A stretch of DNA of 64,000 nucleotides, from positions 13,789-77,788 of IMG/VR virus record IMGVR_UViG_3300025276_000027, one strand, 5' to 3'. Below, piece by piece: positions 21,888-31,852 of the stretch (position 1 is the stretch's first letter; each line of letters begins with the position of its first letter). Made by a program: the position numbers and the translations under genes. Under the pieces are notes generated by a model. The model saw only the letters and a list, made by a program, of their open reading frames with translations, was not told the origin of the DNA and ran no database searches. The stretch comes from a virus.

Positions 21888-23855
21888 TTAAGAGTTTGAA
21901 ATTATATAAGATGCAATAAAATTAGTAACACCAATTCCACGTTCTTTTGCATCTTTATAATACATTCTATTTAGTTTATCATATACTTTTTTAGCATACT
22001 GACTTTCATCTTCTCCATTTATATAATTCATGTATGTTTTACTTACATCTTCAGTTGATCCTCCATCTTGTTGAATTTGTATAAATCCATTACGTTGAAT
22101 TTGTGGTGAAAATTCTTCGGGAGGATCTGGTGCAAATACTTTACCATCTGCAAATACTCCTGATTTATATTTTTCTACTAATTTATTAATTGTATCTTTT
22201 TCATTTAAATTTTGATTCCCAACTAATGATCCTACATAATTATTATATATATCTTGTAGTGACTCTTTGCCTTTTATTGACCAAGGGCGTTCATCTTTTC
22301 CAATAGTTACTGCTTCATGACCTATTCCAGCTAAATTTGAACCAATAAACCCTGCTGCATTATCAACACCAAAAAAATCTAATACACCACCTACATAAGG
22401 AATATCTCTTACTTTTTGTTGTAGAACTTTAGATGTTTTTGCAGAAGATGATGAATGTCTTAATGGATCCATTCCTTCATTTATTAAATCTTTTGTTTCT
22501 TGATATATAGGATTTGCCACATTCCAATCTGCTTGTTGTTTTCTAAGTGCAACAACTCTTTTATCCATTTCAAAGTCCCTTCCCCTTTTCAAACCATTAT
22601 CATAATCTTTATCTCTATATTCTTGATAAATAGTAGCAATCTGGTTTTCTATATTTTCATCAAAATCATGAAATGTTTTCATTTGATCTTCTGAGAGTAT
22701 TTGGCCAATATTATTTATTTTACCCATACTATAACCTAACCACTCATTTACATCTTTTTCTGCATCTCTTAATGAATAATCATATGAACTACCTTTTTGT
22801 CCATCTAAGTTTATACTATCTTGAGCTTTAGGTAATGTTTTAACTTTACCGTTCTTAGTTCTAGCATATCTATTTGATTCTGTTTCCATGCTAGGAATAA
22901 GTGAACCTGAATATGATTTACCTTTCCATTTCCAACTTACTGAGCCACCTCCTTTTTTCTTTTGAATATATTTTCCTGAATCTTTATCTTTTTCTACATA
23001 TATTCTATCATATATTTCAAAAGGTTTAGTTAAACCTAATTTCTCACCAAAGTTTATATTACCACCTAAACCTCCGGCTTGGTCAAACTTATCATAATAA
23101 GATATATACATACCATTTTCATCTTCCCCAAATCCTGTAAAATAATTACCAATAGCATTTAATTGGTGATCATCAATATCATTTACTTCTTTATAGCCTG
23201 TAACTTTATAATTATTTTTATCTAGTTGTTTTTCATTATCATTTACATCCAGTATTAAATCAGGTTTAGTTTCATTGGTATAAAAATTTCCATTACTAAC
23301 TCTATTATAATTATCTATAACTTCTTGAACAAGTTGTTGATTTTTATTTAGTGATATATATTTAGCATCTGGATCTTTTGCTTTTGTAGGTTTAGTATTA
23401 CTAACTTGAAGAATATTATCTTCTAATGGTCTACCAGAATAGTATCTATATAAGTCAGCCAATCTACTGTTATGATGTTGATGATTTGCAAAATCTCCTG
23501 CAGCTAAAGCACTTAAAAAAGGAATACCTTTAAAATCTCTAAATTCTCCATTACCTCCCTGTGCCATAGGTATTTCAAGTACTTGATCTCCTGGAAAACT
23601 ATAATTTGTACCAGGTGTCATTACTTCTTTATTGCCTAAATTATCTATACCAAGTAAAGGTCCTTTTTTTAATGGGCTACCATCATTTTCACTCATGCTA
23701 ATATTACCTGACTCAATAAGATTAACTGAATTGTTTTTATCAGGACTATCATATCTATATCCCTCAACAGAAGCAATACCTGTAACATATGTTATATCTT
23801 CATTAGGTCCTCCGGGTAATCCACGGCTTTTTATGTAATTAAAATCTTCTCTCAT
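21888..23855 (-). CDS. Modular virion/cargo protein (655 aa) with C-terminal DUF6973-like (DxxRH...HE...DxxNN) domain
   Basis: N-terminal GYRYDSPD...GIDNLG...YSFPG..V.EIPM domain typical of crAss-like proteins. DPLRH / GHE / DIYNNYVG motifs. Start overlaps the upstream stop (TAATG at 23853-23857). Confidence 0.6.
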   Translation of the reverse strand: MREDFNYIKSRGLPGGPNEDITYVTGIASVEGYRYDSPDKNNSVNLIESGNISMSENDGSPLKKGPLLGIDNLGNKEVMTPGTNYSFPGDQVLEIPMAQGGNGEFRDFKGIPFLSALAAGDFANHQHHNSRLADLYRYYSGRPLEDNILQVSNTKPTKAKDPDAKYISLNKNQQLVQEVIDNYNRVSNGNFYTNETKPDLILDVNDNEKQLDKNNYKVTGYKEVNDIDDHQLNAIGNYFTGFGEDENGMYISYYDKFDQAGGLGGNINFGEKLGLTKPFEIYDRIYVEKDKDSGKYIQKKKGGGSVSWKWKGKSYSGSLIPSMETESNRYARTKNGKVKTLPKAQDSINLDGQKGSSYDYSLRDAEKDVNEWLGYSMGKINNIGQILSEDQMKTFHDFDENIENQIATIYQEYRDKDYDNGLKRGRDFEMDKRVVALRKQQADWNVANPIYQETKDLINEGMDPLRHSSSSAKTSKVLQQKVRDIPYVGGVLDFFGVDNAAGFIGSNLAGIGHEAVTIGKDERPWSIKGKESLQDIYNNYVGSLVGNQNLNEKDTINKLVEKYKSGVFADGKVFAPDPPEEFSPQIQRNGFIQIQQDGGSTEDVSKTYMNYINGEDESQYAKKVYDKLNRMYYKDAKERGIGVTNFIASYIISNS

Positions 23856-26800
23856 TACCTCATTGATAATTGTAGTTTAGTATTGTTTAATCTTAATAGC
23901 ATTTTTCTATTATCACCACCTTTAGTTATTGATCTATTTTTTCTCAATATAACATGATTTGAATAATGTCTAAATTTCTTACGTTGTGTTGCAGATTTTT
24001 GATAATTTAAATTAATAGGATTTAATGGTCTTATATACCCGTTACAATCAGTATTAAATATAGATTGTTCAGCATTAGTAAATTCACCTCTATCATTAGT
24101 AATATCCCAAAATTGATTAAACCTAAATTTATGCTCCACCTTTGAAACTTCTATATTAATATCATCAGTACCTATACTTGGATATTGTAAATTACCCCAA
24201 GGATCATTATACAATGCATTATTTAAAAGTAATAAACCAGATGTTTGATCATTATTATATACAATAGCTGCATCAAAATTATAATCTAAATCCTCCCATT
24301 TATCACCACCACACATGTTATATTGTGGATCTCCTTTGTATACATATGTTTCTAATTGATATTCAAAACTTCTTACAGTATTAACTGCTTGTCCTGTATT
24401 AGATATTAAATCTATTTCCCATGGATAATTAATATTATAAAAATTGGCATATGAATCACATCTTATATTATGTCTCCAGAATCCACCTACTTCAAAATTT
24501 GGTTGTGTACTCTCAAAAAAGAAATAATTACATCTTCTTGGATCTGGTTGTATAAATGCAGGATCTCCTATTTGATATATTAAAGGTGCTGAATCTGGAC
24601 ATGTACCAACAGCAGTCACAACTGTACCAGGAATTGTTACAGGTGGACAAGAGCAAGTTACCTTTTTACATATTGGTTGAAGTACATCATTACACTCACC
24701 TGATGACTCTGTATAATTAAATGTTGTTGGATTAGGATAAACTATTGTATAACCTGCAGGACATGCACAAACAAAATCTGTTCCACATACTGATCCACCA
24801 ATTGCTGTTGCAACAGGCGTTATAGTAGTTGGGTCTGCAGCATTAATTCCAAATTGATATGGATCAACATTTACAGGACCAGAAGTCATTGATATATGAC
24901 CTAACACATCAGCATCAGTAGGTGCAGAATTAGTAGCACCACAAAATATTGCATATAAAAATTGGTTTGCAGGTCCAAATCCAGTTCCAACTGTATTAGA
25001 TTGATATGGTCCACCCACTACACCTGGGTCAGTTGTTGTATCAGTAACAAATAATATTACTCTTCTATAGTTTGCGTTACCACTTCTATCACCTAATTCA
25101 GAAGCATTTGCAGCATTTAGTACACCTACAGCACCATTTAATCCAGCAACAACTTCAGTACCTGGATAACTACCCCAGTTATCATCATACCATTGATCTA
25201 CATATGCTATATTAATATTAGAAGACATACTAAAATTACCACCAGCACCATTTGGAAGAGGCACTGTTTCACTTCCAACTCCCCATTGAGTAAAACCAAT
25301 TTGCATTTGATCATTATTCATAAAAGTTTGAATTTGAGGATCATTTAAAAAACCATTTAAAAGAGCCAATTGTGCTCCTCTTCTTCCTGCCCGATCAGTA
25401 CTACCTGATGTATCCATAGCAAATACTACATCAACTAAACAATTTGTAGGCCCACCAGTTACTACTCCATCAGTAATAATATCTACTAATACTGTAGCAT
25501 CTTTAGTTTCATTATTTGCTATTTCACATAGTTCTGTAACAGGATTATAAGTATATCCAGGAGGACATTGTGGTATAGTAGTAGTTAAAGTTTTTGTAGT
25601 AAAGAAATGATTAATACTTGGTAAAGCTAACTCAGGATGCCAGTCATGAAAAGATATCCATGCTTTAACCTTTGGATCATAACTTATAGTCCATGAACAA
25701 TCATCAAAGTAAAGCGGATCTCCTATATCTATTGGAGCTGAAATACCTGTTAATGTATTAATAGTAATTGGCTTAATATCTCTATCTATAAATGTAGCTG
25801 TACTAATAAATTCTGGTTTAAGTTGGTAATCTTTCTTCATAAAATAAACAAGATCATCAACAGAATCATACATGACTTGACAACCAACACCAAATACGGG
25901 GTTATCTGTCCACACTGAAGTTTCTGAATTTGGAAATTGTTTTATAAATCTTGATGGTAAATACTTAGCAAACCACCATTTCATGCCTGCATTAGATATA
26001 GGGCTGAGCCCTTTACCACCGTATTGAAATATTTTACCTTGTTGTTGTGATATAAAAAATAAACCTACTGGTGTATTTATTACACCTCTTATACTTTCAC
26101 ATGATCCAAACTCAGTTGATATATCTGCATTAGCTACATTTTGAAATGGTTGACTAAATAATCCACCATCACCAATAGTTAATTTAGTATCTAATTGAGT
26201 TTTTAAAGTATCTAATCCTTGGAACATCTGTGGTGACAAATGTGGGAAAAATATTAGTGCACCACTTTTATTTATAGGTTTAATTACACTAACATCATTT
26301 TTAAAATCTTTATAATTATTATTTAAAAACACTCTCCAAAAATCTTTTCTGGATTCTTCTTGTGCTTGTAAAGAATATATAAGTCTCTTTGGATATGATA
26401 CAAAACAATTTTCTGCAACTAATGGATCATAATACGTAGGTTGTACTTGACCAAAAGAAGTTAATTGCGTAGCAAATTTAGAAGGACTTAATGACTCATC
26501 ATATTTATAAAAATTACCTTCTTTTTCTATTTTTGCATGAAAGAGTTCATCAATATCATTATAGTCATATACATTGTATATTCTTTTTGCAGGCTCATCT
26601 TTCCATTCTCTTTGGGTTAAATTTATTTCTGTTTCAACAAAGAAATCCGTTATGCCATTTACATGAGTATACATATATGCATACTCCATATTAAATGCAG
26701 GATTAGGATCAGATGAATTAAATATTGCAGCAAATCCAGATGAACATGAATCATTACCTCTATCTAAATAAAATAAATCATTTGGTATTAAGTTATCTAG

Positions 26801-29800
26801 AGCACTTGTATTAACAATTGATAAAGAAGCTATCTCTGAAGCTAGTGGGGTAATATCATATCTTTGTGAGTTTAACCAAAATCTTGGATATGGTATATTT
26901 ACATACAATGAATAATTATATGTAAAGTCATCAGGTTGTCCTAATAAATAATTTGTAAATATAGGCATGATAACTTTTTCAGTATATCTACATATAAATG
27001 TATCACCAGCAAAAATAGGATCACTACTATATAAATACTCATCCGGTTTAGTTGAATCTAAAAGTTCAACACAACCTCTAAGTTGTACTTGTTTTATTCC
27101 AGCAAGTTGACCATATTGATTATCAAAGTTAAATTTAAGAGCTCCGTATTTAGCGGATATATTTGTTTTTCTTGTTTGTCTTGGATCTAATAAATATTGA
27201 TCACTAAATTCATTTACAACAGATTGATCTACATTAGTAAATTCACCATCTGCATTTAAATTTAATGACATGTCTCCACCAATTACATATCTTGATTCAT
27301 CAATTACAGATGGATCTCTAAGAGGATTTTCTAGACTTACAGCTACTGTCTCAGGTCTAAATAAATTATTTATTTTATATTGTCCACTATCAAATGTTTG
27401 GAATGAAGCACCTATATAATTAGATGCGTTATTTTTAATTCTCCATAAACCATTTGTTTGATTTGAAAAATCTGAAAAGAAACCTAAAGAATTATGTTTC
27501 CAAACAAAATCTGAATGATTAATCATATTATAAAACAGATCAATAATTTCATTTCCCCCTATAGCTATATTTGCTTGTAAAGTAAATATACTTGTAAGTG
27601 TTCTAAATACCTGTGGTAAGTTTGTTTCAGATGAATCTCTATCTCTGTTAGTTTCCAAGGCACCTGAATTAACACCAGGAATTCTTCCTTTTAATCCTTC
27701 TGCTGTTGTTGCAGCTTTTTCAGTTATAGCCGTAGCTAATCCACCAGTATATAAATCTACTATTCCACCTAAAGTATCTAGCAAAATACTTATTACTGTA
27801 CTAGTTGTTGCTGAAGTAGTAGTAGCTGCACCTGCGGCTGCTACATATGCTGTTTGTTTAGAAGCCCACGGTTGTTTCCAATCACCACCTCTTATTGCTC
27901 CACCAGATCTACCATTTAAGTTTACAGTAGCAACACCAGGTGGTACGGTTAGAGAAATAAATCCTCCACCACCACCTTGTGCATCACCATCAATTTCTTC
28001 CCCTATTCCAGACTGACTAGTTAAATTACCAGTTGAATAAGTTTGTTTACGGGAAGTTGTTCCTTTTAGTTTATGACAGGCATAACCAAAACCTATGATA
28101 GCTCCAATCCATGCACCACCACCTCTTAATAATTTAAATTGCGGATGATCTTCTGATGGTTTAAAAAACCCAGATGCTGCTCCACTTACCTCTCCATATA
28201 TTCTAGATTCATATGCATTTAAGAAAGGTTGAGTAAACATTAAATCTGGTGAGTGAAATGTAAATACTTTTCTTGAAAATCCTGTTGGCTCACCATCTAC
28301 ATCAACTCTATCACCTAAAGGCTTAAAATAATCACAAGACTCTTGAAAAGTATTACAGCCATCTGTTCTATTTAAAGCATCACCATTTATACCATCATGA
28401 AAATATACATCTGGTCTCAAATCATTATAAGGATAGTTAGGATATAACCCCTGTACATCTCCACCTATTAAGTTTTCAGTATCAGGAATAGTATACTTAC
28501 GCATATTTTTAAATAAACCTTTTGCCAATATAGACTTTGCTCCTAATCTTGATCCTTTTAATATTTCATAACCAACAACATTTTGAATAAATGAACCATC
28601 ATTATATTTTGGACGTGCTATATTATCAAATTGTACACCAAGGATGTTTATTAAATCTCCTGATGTATTACTTATATTTAATGGTGAACCAATAGATTCA
28701 TCCGGCATCTTATGATGCCTTATTGGAACACCACATAAGTCTCCCCATATATCTGGTCTATTTGATGGATATCTTTCAGTAGATTCCCAATATCCCATCT
28801 TCCCTTTTGCTATTATATTAGTACCATCCCCAAGTGGTTCAGAAGCTACTGAAGTTATTGATGCAGTATTATAAACTTTAAATAAAGGGTCTCCAGAAGA
28901 ATCTAATACATTTGAACCAAATATATCTGCATTTTCTAATTCTATTGAACCATTCGGTAATGTATAATTTTGTGGAGCTCTACCTGGTATATGATATGAG
29001 GATGATCTTTCTCCAGTGTTATATATCCATCTTATAAAAAATGCATATTGTTCATCTCTCAAGAAATTCATTTTATTACCCCCTTTAGAATAATAATCAT
29101 CTTGAACACTATTAATACACCAATTTACTTGAATGTTATTAGCATCTGGTTGATAGTTAAAATCAAATTGTTCGGTTGGTCCTTGTCTTATTAACCAATC
29201 ATTCACAACAAACATTGATTCAGATTTTTCATATGCAGGACTACGTAAAGGTATTTGTACTAAATCTATAGCTATTAATGATTCATCTATATAATCAATA
29301 TTAATATTCTTTTGTTGTGTGTTATAAATCCCTAATCTTTTTGCAGATGTTTGTCCCTGGTTTCTTCTAAGTATTACTAATTCATAAAATTCATAATCTT
29401 TATCTAAATTTGAAATAGATATATCAAGTGAACCGGCTGTACCATCAATATTCCATAATGTTTGAATATTAGATATACCTATATAGTCAGTTACTTTAAT
29501 TTCATTTTCAGTATATGCAATAAATGCTTGATATGCTCCATTAGCTAACATACCACCATCAGTTGCTTTACTTAATGCAACACATGGTGTATCAACTAAT
29601 GGTGCTAATCTAATTTGTTCACAATCTAATCGTTTAGGTTGTTGATCTTCATATACAACACATGGGTCACCATCAATATCTGGCCCCGATATCTGTATTT
29701 GTTTATATGGTATTTTATCTATATTTAATGCTCTTGATGGATTGTTACCATCATCCCAATATACTTCCCAAGTACAATCAAAGTTTTCTTTTGCTGCACC

Positions 29801-30208
29801 GGTAATTAAATACTTTCTATTAAAACTTAAACAAGTGTCATTAACTAATGTAGTATATTTACATTGGCTATCATCAAATGTTCCTATTTCTGAATTAATA
29901 TCATCTGTAGAATATATTATCCATTCATCACCATATCTATGTATAGCTCCAATAACTGTATATGGTATTACACCACATTGTAAATTTGATGGCTCATTAC
30001 CTACAACACCTAAGTCTCCATCTAAAGAATTGTTTACTAAATTTCGTGCATGCCACCATGATTGGTTACTTTCCAAAGATGGAGTAATATCCTTATTCAT
30101 TCCTTTACTAAAGGAATTTGTTTGTATAGATGAACTGCTTTGGGATCTAGGACTTCTCCTGGATCCCTTACGGTTACTATTAGAAGAAGAGTTTCTCTTT
30201 TTAGCCAT
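23855..30208 (-). CDS. Tail stabilisation / muzzle-like protein (P22 gp10-like, crAss type) with inserted vWA domain (2117 aa)
   Basis: SFSKGMNKD start of the beta-propeller region, FLRDEQYAFFIRW, IRHHKMP, WTISYD...WISFHDW and FWRHN motifs. Follows the tail ring genes. vWA MIDAS DTSGS at about 25400-25414. Confidence 0.8.
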   Translation of the reverse strand: MAKKRNSSSNSNRKGSRRSPRSQSSSSIQTNSFSKGMNKDITPSLESNQSWWHARNLVNNSLDGDLGVVGNEPSNLQCGVIPYTVIGAIHRYGDEWIIYSTDDINSEIGTFDDSQCKYTTLVNDTCLSFNRKYLITGAAKENFDCTWEVYWDDGNNPSRALNIDKIPYKQIQISGPDIDGDPCVVYEDQQPKRLDCEQIRLAPLVDTPCVALSKATDGGMLANGAYQAFIAYTENEIKVTDYIGISNIQTLWNIDGTAGSLDISISNLDKDYEFYELVILRRNQGQTSAKRLGIYNTQQKNINIDYIDESLIAIDLVQIPLRSPAYEKSESMFVVNDWLIRQGPTEQFDFNYQPDANNIQVNWCINSVQDDYYSKGGNKMNFLRDEQYAFFIRWIYNTGERSSSYHIPGRAPQNYTLPNGSIELENADIFGSNVLDSSGDPLFKVYNTASITSVASEPLGDGTNIIAKGKMGYWESTERYPSNRPDIWGDLCGVPIRHHKMPDESIGSPLNISNTSGDLINILGVQFDNIARPKYNDGSFIQNVVGYEILKGSRLGAKSILAKGLFKNMRKYTIPDTENLIGGDVQGLYPNYPYNDLRPDVYFHDGINGDALNRTDGCNTFQESCDYFKPLGDRVDVDGEPTGFSRKVFTFHSPDLMFTQPFLNAYESRIYGEVSGAASGFFKPSEDHPQFKLLRGGGAWIGAIIGFGYACHKLKGTTSRKQTYSTGNLTSQSGIGEEIDGDAQGGGGGFISLTVPPGVATVNLNGRSGGAIRGGDWKQPWASKQTAYVAAAGAATTTSATTSTVISILLDTLGGIVDLYTGGLATAITEKAATTAEGLKGRIPGVNSGALETNRDRDSSETNLPQVFRTLTSIFTLQANIAIGGNEIIDLFYNMINHSDFVWKHNSLGFFSDFSNQTNGLWRIKNNASNYIGASFQTFDSGQYKINNLFRPETVAVSLENPLRDPSVIDESRYVIGGDMSLNLNADGEFTNVDQSVVNEFSDQYLLDPRQTRKTNISAKYGALKFNFDNQYGQLAGIKQVQLRGCVELLDSTKPDEYLYSSDPIFAGDTFICRYTEKVIMPIFTNYLLGQPDDFTYNYSLYVNIPYPRFWLNSQRYDITPLASEIASLSIVNTSALDNLIPNDLFYLDRGNDSCSSGFAAIFNSSDPNPAFNMEYAYMYTHVNGITDFFVETEINLTQREWKDEPAKRIYNVYDYNDIDELFHAKIEKEGNFYKYDESLSPSKFATQLTSFGQVQPTYYDPLVAENCFVSYPKRLIYSLQAQEESRKDFWRVFLNNNYKDFKNDVSVIKPINKSGALIFFPHLSPQMFQGLDTLKTQLDTKLTIGDGGLFSQPFQNVANADISTEFGSCESIRGVINTPVGLFFISQQQGKIFQYGGKGLSPISNAGMKWWFAKYLPSRFIKQFPNSETSVWTDNPVFGVGCQVMYDSVDDLVYFMKKDYQLKPEFISTATFIDRDIKPITINTLTGISAPIDIGDPLYFDDCSWTISYDPKVKAWISFHDWHPELALPSINHFFTTKTLTTTIPQCPPGYTYNPVTELCEIANNETKDATVLVDIITDGVVTGGPTNCLVDVVFAMDTSGSTDRAGRRGAQLALLNGFLNDPQIQTFMNNDQMQIGFTQWGVGSETVPLPNGAGGNFSMSSNINIAYVDQWYDDNWGSYPGTEVVAGLNGAVGVLNAANASELGDRSGNANYRRVILFVTDTTTDPGVVGGPYQSNTVGTGFGPANQFLYAIFCGATNSAPTDADVLGHISMTSGPVNVDPYQFGINAADPTTITPVATAIGGSVCGTDFVCACPAGYTIVYPNPTTFNYTESSGECNDVLQPICKKVTCSCPPVTIPGTVVTAVGTCPDSAPLIYQIGDPAFIQPDPRRCNYFFFESTQPNFEVGGFWRHNIRCDSYANFYNINYPWEIDLISNTGQAVNTVRSFEYQLETYVYKGDPQYNMCGGDKWEDLDYNFDAAIVYNNDQTSGLLLLNNALYNDPWGNLQYPSIGTDDINIEVSKVEHKFRFNQFWDITNDRGEFTNAEQSIFNTDCNGYIRPLNPINLNYQKSATQRKKFRHYSNHVILRKNRSITKGGDNRKMLLRLNNTKLQLSMR

Positions 30209-30222
30209 AATAGATTACGTAT

Positions 30223-31176
30223 TTAACAAGTTGTGGATGTAGATGAAGAAGTTGTATTCCCTGTTAAGTTAGGAGCTGAAACAACTCTTGGTTGAACTGG
30301 TGCATAACTTAAAAACATATTATAATAATTATGATATTGAGCTCTTCTGTTCATAGTCCACACTTTTCTCATTTCAGCAAAGTCTGGTGTATTTACAAAA
30401 GTAAGTGCATTGTTTCTTGCACCCCTTAATCTAGTTTCAATTAAATTTAATTGTTGAGAAACATTTTCACCTTGCCAAACCATATTTTCTAATATCCTTT
30501 GTTTTACTGCATATTCATAATACTCATTACAGTATGGATGATCTAAAACTAATAGATCCCCAAAGGTATCTTCCATAGCTCCTTGAAAACTTAAATATAC
30601 TTTACCTGTTTTAAATGTTGTTATTAAATAACCATCTTTTACTTCTGCAATATCTAATGCTTGAGCTCCTAAACTTGGACAATAACATACTGCATCATTT
30701 ACATCTCTTATACGTAATTGTGTCCAGTTTTCAAAAGATCTAAATTGATTGGGTCCTATTCTTTGTACCAATTGATAACTGTTTTTGTCATCACATGTTT
30801 TAATAACACATACATCTTTACATGTATCATCTTTACTACATGGAGATTTTTCTCCAGGAGCTGGTACATAAGGAACATCATTAAATGTTTCTACATGTGT
30901 ACCTGATGGCATAGTATTATTTATTGTATAACTACCACATCTAAATGCATAATTTACATATTTAAAATCTGTAGGTAATTGACCACGTCCATGCTCAATA
31001 TCTATAATAACTTGTTTAGTCCTATGTATTTTTAAACCTAAATCATAATTAACTCTTTGAGCAACTTTAATAAGTTGTTGTGGTTCTATCATACCCTCAA
31101 GAGCATATGTAGAAAAATCAATTGATACATCATCCATCAATTGACTAAACGTTCTATATTTTTGTGAAACTCCCAT
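30223..31176 (-). CDS. Tail ring / tail tubular protein (317 aa)
   Basis: Position between ring and muzzle genes. QLPTDF, GYLITTFKTGKVYLSFQG pattern of crAss ring proteins. Confidence 0.6.
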   Translation of the reverse strand: MGVSQKYRTFSQLMDDVSIDFSTYALEGMIEPQQLIKVAQRVNYDLGLKIHRTKQVIIDIEHGRGQLPTDFKYVNYAFRCGSYTINNTMPSGTHVETFNDVPYVPAPGEKSPCSKDDTCKDVCVIKTCDDKNSYQLVQRIGPNQFRSFENWTQLRIRDVNDAVCYCPSLGAQALDIAEVKDGYLITTFKTGKVYLSFQGAMEDTFGDLLVLDHPYCNEYYEYAVKQRILENMVWQGENVSQQLNLIETRLRGARNNALTFVNTPDFAEMRKVWTMNRRAQYHNYYNMFLSYAPVQPRVVSAPNLTGNTTSSSTSTTC

Positions 31177-31847
31177 TATTGTCTATTTATATTACGTTTA
31201 TTATCAGAATCTTCTGATGGAATCTGCATAGTACCCATCATAGTTTGAATAACTTGACTCTCTATTTCTGCAAATAAAGCTTCAGGTATAAATATTTGTT
31301 GTTCATATCTGGGTGTACAATTGTTTTCTGTATCACAATCCCATGCTGTAATATCTGAATCAAATACACCTTCTACTTTAATTGCATCCCATGCTATGTT
31401 TGGACAATAAATATATCCATCCAACCACCAAAAATATAATGTATTATTATATTTAAAAGTAGTTGTTTTAGTCATAGATGTATATGTACCAGGTTGAGTT
31501 GCTTGCATTTCTTGTGAACTATCAATAGAACTTACTGTACGAATTAATGGTCCCCAATAACCTTCAAACATGGAAGGGAGTTTAGTTTTTGTACGTTTAA
31601 TTGTACAACCACTCTGAATACCTGAACAATGTGCTTCTACTTTATCTACTTCAATTAATTCTACATAAGGTAATGTTTTCCATACTGAATTAAATTTCAT
31701 AAGTTTATTTGCATAGTCTTGTCTTCTCATTAAAAATTGAGCATACTTTTCTATTAAACTATATATATATCTATCTGTAACAAAAGCATCTTGAACCTCA
31801 GCTTTAACTTGACCTCTTATCCTAGATATTGTTTCTGCTATTGTCAT
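31176..31847 (-). CDS. Tail ring / tail tubular protein (223 aa)
   Basis: MTIAETISRIR...RTKTKLP...YFWWLDGYIY...D.EDSDN pattern and synteny with crAss ring genes. Confidence 0.6.
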   Translation of the reverse strand: MTIAETISRIRGQVKAEVQDAFVTDRYIYSLIEKYAQFLMRRQDYANKLMKFNSVWKTLPYVELIEVDKVEAHCSGIQSGCTIKRTKTKLPSMFEGYWGPLIRTVSSIDSSQEMQATQPGTYTSMTKTTTFKYNNTLYFWWLDGYIYCPNIAWDAIKVEGVFDSDITAWDCDTENNCTPRYEQQIFIPEALFAEIESQVIQTMMGTMQIPSEDSDNKRNINRQ

Positions 31848-31852
31848 TTTTT

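Noticed and set aside
29742-30242. 166-aa plus-strand ORF, the longest antisense ORF
   Set aside because: It lies antisense to the muzzle gene start and has no recognisable motif or leader. It is explained by codon bias of the sense gene, as are all other plus-strand ORFs.
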